From NCBI GenBank assembly GCA_027604505.1, contig JADIIX010000038.1, forward strand, positions 124,001-174,417: a DNA stretch of 50,417 nt, written 5' to 3'. Below are positions 39,901-50,417 of this stretch, piece by piece. Under the pieces are notes generated by a model, which saw only the letters and a program-made list of their open reading frames with translations, was not told the DNA's origin and ran no database searches. The DNA comes from Gonapodya sp. JEL0774 (taxonomy: Eukaryota). The first letter of the stretch is position 1. The number at the start of each line of letters is the position of its first letter. The translations under genes were made by a program, and so were the position numbers.

Positions 39901-40834
39901 CGAGATTTCACAGTCCGAGTTTGGTCGTATGATGGTTCGTCTCGCTGTCGCAAAAAGCTTTTCCAATTTACTTTGAAGTTGCCTAAGACAGGTTCTCATA
40001 TCGGCATCTTCGGACAAGCAGACTCGTGGACCCTGGACGACCCAACAACTTTCATGTCAGCACCAGCCGACTTGAAGCACGACGCCATGTTTGAACAACA
40101 GCGCAGATCTCTAGCAAAAATGCATGCAGAGAAAATGAAAGAGGCCGTCATCTCAGCGTGGAAAACTTCCCCACCTCGTATGTGTCAAGATGAATGGTAC
40201 GATGAGCCATCGCTCACCAAGGTTTGACAGGAACCCCAAATACCAAACCAGAGCAGCCATTTGAAACCGAGCGAGGTTTGATTCTCTTGCCAACGATAAT
40301 TCGCTAATGACATTGCTGTATTGATACTTCCGCGCTCCCGACTCCTTGACCTTCTCAAAAGGGATCGTGCTCCACACAAGCGCCGGATATACGATTACTT
40401 CGGAGAACCTAGAAGAAGCTCGAGGACTTCGCCTTCGCGCCATCGAAGAGCGTGTAGTCAACAAATGGCGTGACTTCATCGCATTACGGCAGTCTGCAAG
40501 GAATTTCGCAGTGGTATGTTGTGCACAAATATCTGTCTACAAGTTCTGTCACCGTATCATCTGCCACATATAGGACGGAGATCTAGTGAAGAAAACATCA
40601 GGCAGGGTCCGTTTCTTTACTTCAGTCGTTTTGATTGTTCTCCCCTGCGCCTCAAATGAGAGCACTTTGGTGCTGACAATACAATTTGACTTGCAGCACA
40701 AGTTCTTTACGTTTCAAGCGGTTTCATCACGCCCTTCGACCTCAACTCGGCCGTCTTCGCATAAATCAGACGGTGTGTGGAAGTCAGTGGCGTGGTTTCC
40801 ATTGGACGATTGCCAGGGTCGGGAGGAGCGCTAA
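36914..40834 (+). CDS. EF-hand plus WD40-repeat protein of the WDR49/WDR64/EFCAB8 (cilia-associated) type; multi-exon
   Basis: N-terminal LFMKIDANSDGCLSWDEFSTYMM, followed by many WD repeats: VTGGRDK..RLWNP, SLSEDKIIKVWN, SGSQNGTVTLWN, ITGSRDGKIK, TSGVDGSIVLWN and TASRDFTVRVW. Confidence 0.8.
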
Positions 40835-40934
40835 GAACAGAACGCGAATGAAGAGGTGGAGGAGGAGTATTTCCCATCAAATGAGCGTATTTACATATTT
40901 ATCCTACTTGTTGAGCCACTCAGTAGCATATTCT

Positions 40935-41606
40935 CTACTCCTTCATGGCGGTGAGCTGCAGTAACACGACAACTGTTAGAACTGCAAGGAAGTAAGGCCG
41001 CACGATTAACTGACCTCCACTAAGAGTTGCCAATCTGACGGATTGTCAAGGGCCACAGACTGCTTAAGCGCTCCGATTGCATCATCTTTGCCTGATGAAA
41101 AGAAACGTAAACATGAACAGAGCGACGAGAAGTAAAAGCGTGGAGGGTACGCAACCCACGGTTCACGGCAATGCAAGCTCGTGCCATAATTTGATACGCA
41201 TTGTACTGTTATTCCCGAGACAATTTCAATTTCTCTTTTATGATCAGTTCATTCTTCGTGTTAAAATAGTTCCACTGACATTGAGCGGATCCAATTCAAC
41301 AGCCTTTTCAAACGAATCAATCGCTCGAGCATAATCTTTCTTGTTGTAGAAGCCAACGCCACATCGGAACCATCCGAGAGAATTTCGAGGAACAGCACCT
41401 TCGATGCAGTCAGTTCCAAACTGATGAGCGCCGCACTGATTGCAACTAGCTCTGGGACCAAAAAATACCACACCGATTCGCAATAAGAGCCATTCCTCAG
41501 CGGTTGACTGCTTGCCACTTGTTTTTGAATCATCCATCGAGTCCCCCGCCGACATTGGTTGAAGTGTTTGTGGTGGAGCCGTTTGAAGGCCTCGTGCTTT
41601 GGCCAT
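40935..41606 (-). CDS. Small TPR-repeat protein; multi-exon
   Basis: LGWFRCGVGFYNKKDYARAIDSFEKAVELDPLN/YNAYQIMARACIAVNR/KDDAIGALKQSVALDNPSDWQLLVE/LTAMKE* with GT-AG junctions. Confidence 0.72.
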
Positions 41607-41707
41607 CGGCAGCAAGTACCTTATTGAGGCTGCATTTATTTATGTATTTACAAATGTGCTCACTCTCCGTTTCCCCTCCTTGATCTGACAGACTTAATTA
41701 ATAAGGA

Positions 41708-44700
41708 ATGGATTTTGGAGGGCTTTTCGGATCCAGACTCGAGGAAAGCGGAGACGAGGTTGAGGAGGTGTCCGAAGAGTTCCCGTCATCCGCAGTTCCC
41801 ACACCATACACAGACAGGATCGACCCTCATTTACACACCCTCGACGGAGATTACTCTCAAATACGTTTTTCTTCGCATGGGCATTCGGAGCAGACGCGAT
41901 TCGGTGGAACCAGTCAGCCGATCGACCCACAGACGGAGAGTGTCCAGGCAATGCTCCATCTTCTTCGAGCGGGAAGGATTCGGTTTTCAGACTTCCTGCA
42001 GTCCACCAGGAATCTTGGTAAGACACCAGGTCCACAGAAGAAAACGATTTCGAAGAGGGGTGAGCTCAAGAAGTCCCTACGATGGGTGGTCTCAACACCA
42101 TGTCAATCTCCGATGTCTATTGCGGTTTGAATGCAGTTGCGTTCAGTGATAGGACGTACACAGTCGAACCCACTGATAAAGAGATTTTCAGCTCAGATCT
42201 TTTGGATTCAGCCTTCCCCACACAATCATATGAGGACTATTCCGAGAATGACATTATCGAAATGGCTGGCGAAGGAGACGGTGGAATGGGGGAGGTGGTG
42301 GGCAAATTTGAGGTGTTTTAAGCTCGTTTCACCTGCATTAATCGTGACACAATGCTTCCATCAGAGGGAAGATGAGAAAACTGACTCGGCTTACCCGACA
42401 ACTCTACCGGATGGAGCTGTTGGACTAATGGACTGGGAGCAATCTATTATATGGGATGAAAGCGAGAACCGGGACTTGTCTGTGTTGCGTCCGTGAGCAT
42501 GAATGCGAAGTAGTTCCTGTGCTCAGCTTTCATCTTTGTTCTTTCAGTGAGACCTTCTTAGGTATCCCCACAGACACCAGACCGGAAACCTTGGCGTTCC
42601 TCCCAGAAGTGGACACAGCGGAAGATTGGACAGGTCTTGTCGTATGGGAAGAACAACAGGGACCTTCAATTGAACGAAAACGCCGTATCTTATTTGAACG
42701 AGAGCTTTCGGAGGCGTCAAGAATTAAAAAATGTCCGTAAATCAATTGTTGATTTGGAATGATTGCCCGACCACGTCTATAATATCTCGAATGCGATGTT
42801 GGCAGGGAAAAGTGACAGCAACAAAACGGTGCGAGCTCTTTCCTCAAAAGTCTTGACCTGATGAGATTATTAAAGGGAGTTGTGCTGGTCGTTTTCATGA
42901 TCAACAGATAGCCTTGTCGGAATCACTGGGCGCCAGTGCGAGTTTGGATCGATACAACATTGGCAACGATCGGCTCTACGAGAGCGGTTATCGTGTTAAA
43001 TCGAACCGCTTCCGTCAACCACTGGGGCAAATTACCCTATCACACGCCGTACCGGCACTAAAACTTCAGGCAAAGTCGGTGAGGAGTCAAACGTTTGTGG
43101 AAGTGGTGCTTCTTACTCCTAATGCCTGAGTCTGTGTTAGCACAAGCAATTTTTGTCGACGGCGGACAAGAGATCGTTTCATCGACCACCTTTCCGGTTG
43201 CCACTGAACACAGACCTCCAAATCGCCCATGTGAAGGGAGGGAAAAAAGGCATGATGAACCGAGATAATGGGGATCCACTGGTTAGTACGAAGGAACTTG
43301 GTCTGAAGGACGGTGTGAATTTCGTGCTGCTTGAGTACTCGGTGAGTGTCGGAATCTTTCTTGGCAAGCAGAATGTCTCACTCTAGAAACTACAGGAAGA
43401 GTATCCGCCTTTGTTAAATAATCTGGGAATGGCGTCTCTAATCCACCGGTACTTTAGAAAGATGGATGAAAATGATAACCAAGTACCGGAGGTGAGCTGT
43501 TGGAAGGTTGAAGCAGTTGTATCCATGCTGCGCTATCCGTCAACTTTTTGTTTGTACGGGTTTTTGCAGTCGGAGGAATATGGGAGTGTGTATGCACTGG
43601 ATACTATGGATCAATCCCCATTCTTTGGCTTTGGTGATGTATCCAGGGGGGACATCGTGACAGCATTGTACAACAACATGTACCGAGCACCCATTTTCCG
43701 ACATGATGTTCGAGATGGGGATTTTGTTCTTGTAAGGTACTTCAAAAATCGTTATCTCGGACCTGCGGATTGCATCTTGAGGTTCACTTTGCTGGCAAAT
43801 CACCGTTTGAAGACACCGACACCGCAGCGACAGCAAATACTTCATACGCGAGATTCCTGCAATTTTCGTAGTGGGACAGACACTCCCATCCATAGAAGTT
43901 CCGGGTCCCACATCTCGGAAAGGAGTGGGAATTCTACGAAATCGAATGCAGGTACGAAAACGACCGCTTTGGTGTATAAGGACACTATGCTTCCACTTGC
44001 ATGTGCACAGGTCTTCGCCACGCGATTACAGCGTGCGAATCCTCAAGCTCCCGGATTCAAGATGGAGGTGATCGCCCGGGAGTTTACTGGCATTAATGAC
44101 ATGCAACTTCGCCAGAAGCTGAAAGTAATTCTTTGCAACATTCGGGTTAGTTTTTATAGCGTCTCTCACGGGATTTAACACAGGAATTCGCAAATTACAA
44201 CCGGCGCGGGGAACACAGTGGTTACTGGCGAGTCAAGGAGGAGAGACTTTCGGAGGAGGAACTTCAGAAGCTTGTCTTACCCGAACAAGTAAGAATGTTG
44301 AAGGGGGATCAGTGAGCTGTGTTGCTAACCGGGTTTTGTGATGTTTGTGAGGTCTGCGCATATCAATCCATGACTGTGGGCCACCAACGTCTGCGAGACG
44401 CTGGTTATGGATACGAAGAATTTGATGATAATGAAGAAACGGAAACACAATTAGAAATTGAAGTACAGCTTGCGCCTTGGAGTTGGACGAGAAATTTCAT
44501 TTCGTCGACGCAGGTGAGACACAGTGTTATCAAAGGTTCTAGTGTCGCTGAAGCTTCCGTTTCTCAACAGCAACAGAAGTTCCTTCTACAACTGCGTGGG
44601 GAAGGAGATCCCACTGGAATGGGGGAAGGGTTCAGTTTCTTACGAGGCCGAAAGGGAGATCATCAAAAACTAAGTAGGAGTCCTACAGTTCTCCACATTT

Positions 44701-45544
44701 CGAAGATGTCTCAAACCAGTTTGCATCAAACAAGACATAGACGAGCAAAAGGGAAAGGCACATCAGAAGATTTCACATGCGGGTTTGTGCCATCTGACAA
44801 CACTCCAGCCGCAATTAATTTTGTTGGACCAATGATATTCCAATTTAAAGAAACTCAACTTGGTTACAAGAAGGAAATTCAACGGATATGGGACGCACAG
44901 CGGAAGTCCCTCAGTGACAAACGGGGCCCACAAATAAGGTATGTGAGACCTGAATCCTGTATAGGAAATTGCAATTTGACGTTGTTGGCAGCGAGGAGGA
45001 GGAAAATTTTCTCTACGCGGGTGAAAGTCGCAACCATCAGACAAATGCAGATCGTTGGGTTCGTGCTGGCTCCCCGACGTCACCACCTCCTATGAGCCCG
45101 AGTTACGGAGGTCCTGAGGGAAATTACTCTGATGCTGAGGAAGATGCTGCTTCGGTAGCAGAAAGTTTGACCTCAGGACTTCGGGCACGAAGCGGAAAGA
45201 TCCTTGTGATAACAAGAGAAGTAGGTGACTCGGTTCACGAGTACCCGACGTGTGTTGACCTCGGGATTCCCAGTATCAAATGCAAGATGGGTCCATTCGC
45301 ACGCGAACAACGGTTATTGAGGATCCGCGCATTGCAAAGTTCTACACCAAGTAAGTAAATTGTGAAGTCTTTGTTGATTGTGCTTGGATGATAATCCGCT
45401 CATTTCAGACAGCGTGACCTAATAGAACGGTACACAGACTCTAATCGCTTCCGTACACGTATCGCTGCATTGAAAGCGGCCACTGGTCACAAGGTTTCCA
45501 AGCGGGGAGGCCGGGGCAGAGGACGGGGGAGAGGAGCTGCTTAA
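41708..45544 (+). CDS. TAF1: TFIID subunit 1 (TAF1, DUF3591 core), fungal type without bromodomains; multi-exon, 3' end approximate
   Basis: LDRYNIGNDRLYE, LSHAVPALKLQ, RSFHRPP, VLLEYS/EEYPPLLNNLGMAS, LYNNMYRAPIFRH, VCAYQSMTVGHQRLRDAGY, QLAPWSWTRNFI and GEGDPTGMGEGFSFLR. Confidence 0.92.
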
Positions 45545-45615
45545 TTGGAAGATAATGATGTGACATACAAACTAAAAGTTCATTGTTGTGAATATTACCC
45601 CCCCTTTCTACCTCT

Positions 45616-46454
45616 CTAATCAGAGCGGACCTAGTTTAACAGAAGTGGCTCAGTTTTGTGAACGTCTAAACAAATGTGAATCCGACACTTCACTCACCCA
45701 ATCAGGATCTTGAAGGAATGGAATGAGAACCTTTGATCCCGTTTGGAGAAGTGGATGACCAGCAACGCTGGGGGTTCATCCCCCGTCAAAATAGCAAAGC
45801 GTCTGCAACAAATTGTAAAGAGATCACCTACATGGTCAAAAATCTCTCCAATGCTGTCCGCCTTTGCTCAATCACTGGGACCCGGAAGGATCAGGTCGAT
45901 AAGTCTTCATTCAAAGTCACACAGCACGGAATTCACCTTCGTCCGAAAATTTGTTGAATAAAACTTTCCCAGGCAGAGGTGGAATATTCACCTGGATTTC
46001 ATTTACCATGGTGTATGATCGGCAATGCTCACAGAGAGCACCACGAGCAGTCGCTCACCCGAGTTGTTTCTCGCTCCAGTGCGTCCCTGAGCCATTCAAA
46101 GTCACTATAGCGCCTCCGAACAGAAGACTGCTTGGACTTGAAGGCCGGAATATTGGTTCGGACGACGACCTCATAGTCAACGACTTTCAGGGCATTTGAA
46201 CTCCCGCATCAATGCGTCCATACACCTATGAAGAAACTTACAACGTCCTCCACTGTTATCATGGTGTAATGGACTCCTGACCTCAATCTACCGCCGGCAG
46301 AGAGATGATTCAATGCTGAGCGAAACGCAGGAGGTTGGATAGTGAAACCCACCTCCAGGAAGTTTTCCGGGACCCCATAACGCTCTTCCGCTGTCTGACT
46401 TTTCAGATCAGGTCTGTTTCCAACAACCTCTGCCCATGGACGGGACGACGACAT
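45616..46454 (-). CDS. SNX3: Sorting nexin-3 (PX-only); multi-exon, largely invisible in the ORF track
   Basis: [80 protein letters not shown] and [23 protein letters not shown]. Confidence 0.93.
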
Positions 46455-46547
46455 TGAAAGTTTGAAATTTCTGCACCACTGCTTAGTTGCAGGAGGTGCA
46501 TATATGTGCATCAACCCTTCCCCTCAATAAATAAATTAGTTCATGCA

Positions 46548-48586
46548 ATGGACATTTTCTGGATATCGACAGCTCTTGCCACGGCGGTGATTCTATCTTT
46601 TACAGTCTTGCGTTTGTCCTCCAAAAGAGGAGGATCGACACATCCCACCGTTGTTGCGTTCTTCCATCCCTACTCGGACGCAGGGGGAGGGGGGGAGCGA
46701 GTCCTATGGACCTGTGTTAAAAGCATCACAACACATTATCCTAGGTGTAAGTGTGTCGTTTACACAAGAGCTGTTGGTCTCAAATCAGAGGCCTTACTGG
46801 ATAAGATTGAAGTAAGTGAAAGGGGGAGTTATCAGCTAGATTGTTTGCAAATTTATGTGTTCTAGGCTCAATTTAACATCAAGCTAGCTCGAGAGGAAGT
46901 GGAATTTGTTTTTTTAAAGTGTTGGAAGTGGATTCGTCCGGACAGGTGTGTCTGTTCCCTGTCCTTCTGGTGTTCCGCAACCTTTTAGACGCGGACTTCA
47001 AAAGGTACAAAAGATTTACGCTAATTGGGCAAAGTCTGGGTAGTCTGATTCCGGCTTTTGAAGGCCTGTGGAAAAGGAAGCCCGATGTCTTCATTGGTAA
47101 TTCTTTGAAACATGTCTTTGTGTGGTTTCACGAACCCAGCGTAACAAACGCATTTACAATAAAGACACAATTGGTTTAGCTTTCACTCTTCCGCTTGCAA
47201 AGTACGTCTTTGGATGCCGTACCATTGCTTATGTTCATTATCCAACTGTGAGGTGAGTGTGGCTATGCTGTCAAATGTTGCAGGAAGCTGAAATGTGCAC
47301 ATCACACTTTGTTTATAGTACAGACATGCTCCGAAAAGTTCAGAGTAGGGTGGAAGATTATTCCAATTCATCTCTTGTGGCAAGGAGTGTCCTCCTATCC
47401 CAGTTGAAAGTGTTGTAAGTTGCACAATTTACAACTTGTGAATTTGCAAATAAAATTCCACCTTTTAGCTACTACAAACTATTTGCGTTCTTCTATGCTT
47501 TGGCTGGCTCTTCAGTAGACTGTGTTATGGTGAGAATGTCCCTACCTGGATTGATGGATGATGCCTGCTTCTTCTTGCCACAGCTCCATTTTACTGATTG
47601 TGCCGTGTATGCATGATAAATGGCAGGTTAACTCAACCTGGACAATGGGTCACATCAATACCATTTGGCGGGTTCCCGATAGGACTTCACTGGTCTACCC
47701 ACCTTGTAATGTGGAGAAGTTGACATGTGCTTCCTTTAATGATAGACAGCTCAAGATTGTGTCTGTTGCACAGTTCAGGTGTGTAACACAGCCAACACCC
47801 CTTGGGCAGTTGTTCTTTGTTAACCCATCAACAAAAAACTACCTTGGTGACCAGGCCAGAGAAGGCACATCTCCTTCAAATAGATGCTTTTGCCTTGGCT
47901 TTGAGAAAGCTGCAAAGCAAAGGCATTAGTCTTCAACTTATTTTGATTGGAAGTTGCCGGAATGATCAAGATCAAGCATTGGTGGAGAAGCTCAAAGAGC
48001 ACACAGACCATCTTCAATTAGATGTAAGGTATTTTTACATCATTTAGCTCATTTTGTGCTGAAAAGAATCTGTCTGTCTTGAAGGGTCATGTTGAGTTCC
48101 TTACCAATGTGGACTTTTCTGTTTTGGAATTCCACCTCAAAACTGGTATGATTGGACTTCATACAATGACTGAGGAGCATTTTGGGATTGGAATTGTGGA
48201 GTACATGGTAAGTTCCAGAGACATTACTTTTCAATGCAACTGACTTGTACCCCATTTCTATGCAAAGGCAGCAGGCTTGATTACTATTGCACATAACTCA
48301 GGTGGACCAAAGATGGACATTGTGGTAGAGCATGAGGGTTTGCCAACTGGTGAGTCTATTTTTTTCAATATTCAATTCAAAGAAATTGCAGATGCTAAGT
48401 CACACGTTAGGCTTCCTGGCCACAACAGTGGATCAGTTTGCTTCAGAATTGGTGAAAGTAGCAAATATGACAGCCATTGAGCGACAACAAATATGTGAAA
48501 ATGCCCGTGCACATGTCCAGAAATTCTCAGACAATGCTTTTGAGCAGCAATTCTTAAGAGTAGTTTCGAGTCTATTGGAACCATAA
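46548..48586 (+). CDS. ALG11: GDP-Man:Man3GlcNAc2-PP-Dol alpha-1,2-mannosyltransferase; multi-exon
   Basis: N-terminal TM, then [80 protein letters not shown] and [12 protein letters not shown]. Confidence 0.95.
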
Positions 48587-48979
48587 TTCAGTGACAATTA
48601 AATTACTTGTGCTCAATCTCATATGATTGTGGTGAGCAGAAATTTAGATCATTTTTTTGGGGCGTTTGTAGAATACCAAAATCCGGTTAGTGTAACTTGA
48701 AAGGAATACAATGCACATGACTTCAGATAACTAATCACACAGAATACCACTGTGACCTCACCCTGGAGTCACTGCCCAAACTATGAGAATAGCTGACATG
48801 GAATTATGTAATGTCAAAAGCATGAGCAAGGCACCATCCTGCCTGAGACAGAGTGCTTGAAATTGATCGTAAAGAATCTCTAACCTACAACAGACAACAA
48901 ACCCTGTGGTGCCTTTGCCACAGCACCTAACATCTCTGACACTGCAATCTTACACCACACACATGTAATGGTTTATCAT

Positions 48980-49498
48980 CCAACAGGTAAGTTTATGGAG
49001 GTTTTATCGAAGGAAGTTGTCATCTCCTAAGTCAAATGTCTCTACAAACTAAATCACTAAATCACCAATACTACTAAAGTACAAAGGGAGTCAGGTCCCT
49101 CAGTCCACGGTTGAAAACCACCAAACACAAAATGACCACCCTCAGTCAAGGAAACAGAAGTCACACCAAAGCTTACAGAGGGATCAAGGCACCTGAAAGA
49201 ACCCTGCCTCTGTCCTGGCACATCCACAATACCACCACTCCATCTGGACCAACAGGTAAGTTTATCAAGGATTTATTAAAAGAAGTTGTCATCTCCTAAA
49301 TCAAAGGCCTCTAAAGAGTAAATCGCCAATCCTACTAAAGTTTGAAGGAAATCAACTCCCTCAAGTTGAAAACCACTAAACACAGAATGATCACTGTCAG
49401 TCTCTTGAACAAAAGTCAGACAAGAGCTAAGAGCTGGTAAGGCACCCAAAAAACTCTGCTTCTGTCCTGGCGAATCCACAACAATGCCACTCCATCCA
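48980..49498. repeat. Imperfect tandem duplication, period about 269 bp
   Basis: CCAACAGGTAAGTTTAT...GAAGTTGTCATCTCCTAA...CTACTAAAGT...GTTGAAAACCAC...TCTGTCCTGGC...CCACTCCATC occurs from 48980 and again from 49249. Confidence 0.88.
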
Positions 49499-50340
49499 GG
49501 TGGTAGCATCCACAAAGGTCTTTACCACCGTGGGACTCATATCCAAAGCTGCACAGTCAATCAGGTGGTCCGTGACATTAGTACCGTACCAACTGTGCAC
49601 TGGGGAGTAGATGGACTGGAAGCGCTGCTCCACTGTGGTCCAACTCCAGAACACTCAATGGCATGATCCCTTGACAAGCAAACTCCAGCTGCGCAGTTGA
49701 TGCAATCCTCGTGCAACAAGACAAGTCCGGATTGGCAGCATGAGTAGGTCTGCCCAATACTGGCACTTAATTCTCGATCTGGCGTCCAAGTGTTGGTGGG
49801 GTTGCATTCATGGTCTAGCTCAAATTGCAAACACCACAGTCTTGTTTGCTGTCATCTCATAGTTCTCTCCCAAAAGAGACTACACTAAATCCACTCGGCA
49901 TGCAGTGCATTTGGCAGGGGTGGGTGAGGAGGGGGGACGGAACACTGAAGTGGATTGGCAATGTTTGAACACACCAAGAATTTGTTGTCAAGTGCAGCCA
50001 CCAGTCGGCTCCTCCAGTGGTATATCTGTCCAGTATATGCTGCATATGGGATCAACCCTGCCAAGGGCATGGATTGTAGACAGTGTCACAACACTCCAAC
50101 TCCAAGAATGGTGGTATCCAATTCCAGTTTGTGCGAAGAGCACACTCCTGACACTTCTGATAGATCTGCCGGAGCTCACTCAGTGGTAGCAAATTCCATA
50201 ACCATTCAAATGAAGGCCATATAGGTGTGGATTGCTGATTGTGGGTGCCATCCTGTGATGTTAAATCCCACTGACTTCAGAATTGCTGTCACTCCATCTG
50301 CCTTCTTGAATTGATCTAAGCACAACTTCAGCCAGTTCAG
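48980..50340 (-). mobile_element. Decayed non-LTR (LINE-like) retrotransposon: post-RT thumb region, Cys/His C-terminus and 3' end
   Basis: Broken minus-strand frames: KKADGVTAILKSVGFNITGWHPQSAIHTYMAFI*MVMEFA (resembles the Y..FIRP..EY block after LINE RT domains), QIYQKCQECALRT and CINCAAGVCLSRDHAIECSG. Stops, frameshifts and strong CpG depletion are present. Confidence 0.68.
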
Positions 50341-50417
50341 CTGGGGCCGCCCCCCCCCCCCCCCGAGAACGCGGACCACCGGAGGGGGGTGTGGTGTTGA
50401 GTAGTAAAGTTGACGCG

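Noticed and set aside
45733..46199. Plus-strand ORFs as further TAF1 exons
   Set aside because: The region is explained by SNX3 exons on the minus strand.
49561..49830. TNTWTP as a chromodomain of a Gypsy LTR element
   Set aside because: Flanking motifs fit a non-LTR ORF2 C-terminus better; no integrase core or LTR is seen.

Overview
A gene-dense, intron-rich eukaryotic segment with short GT-AG introns and CTRAC-like branch sites. It most likely comes from a flagellated early-diverging fungus (chytrid/monoblepharid grade). That is an inference from the fungal-type HMG-CoA reductase, a TAF1 without bromodomains and a cilia-type EF-hand/WD40 gene. About 15 spliced genes were reconstructed by hand, in order: cytoplasmic Asp-tRNA synthetase (partial), HMG-CoA reductase, a nucleoside phosphorylase, SCAP, myosin regulatory light chain, a membrane-anchored catalytically degenerate GH18 protein, a KEN/D-box securin-like protein, a complete dual oxidase (DUOX), its maturation factor DUOXA, a NuSAP-like protein, a low-complexity hypothetical protein, an EF-hand/WD40 protein, a small TPR protein, TAF1, SNX3 and ALG11. 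The window ends in a CpG-depleted, decayed non-LTR retrotransposon. The standout is an intact animal-style DUOX-DUOXA divergent gene pair in an apparently fungal genome, close to a receptor-like pseudo-chitinase. All assignments come from motif recognition and manual splicing; no database search was run, and some exon boundaries are approximate.
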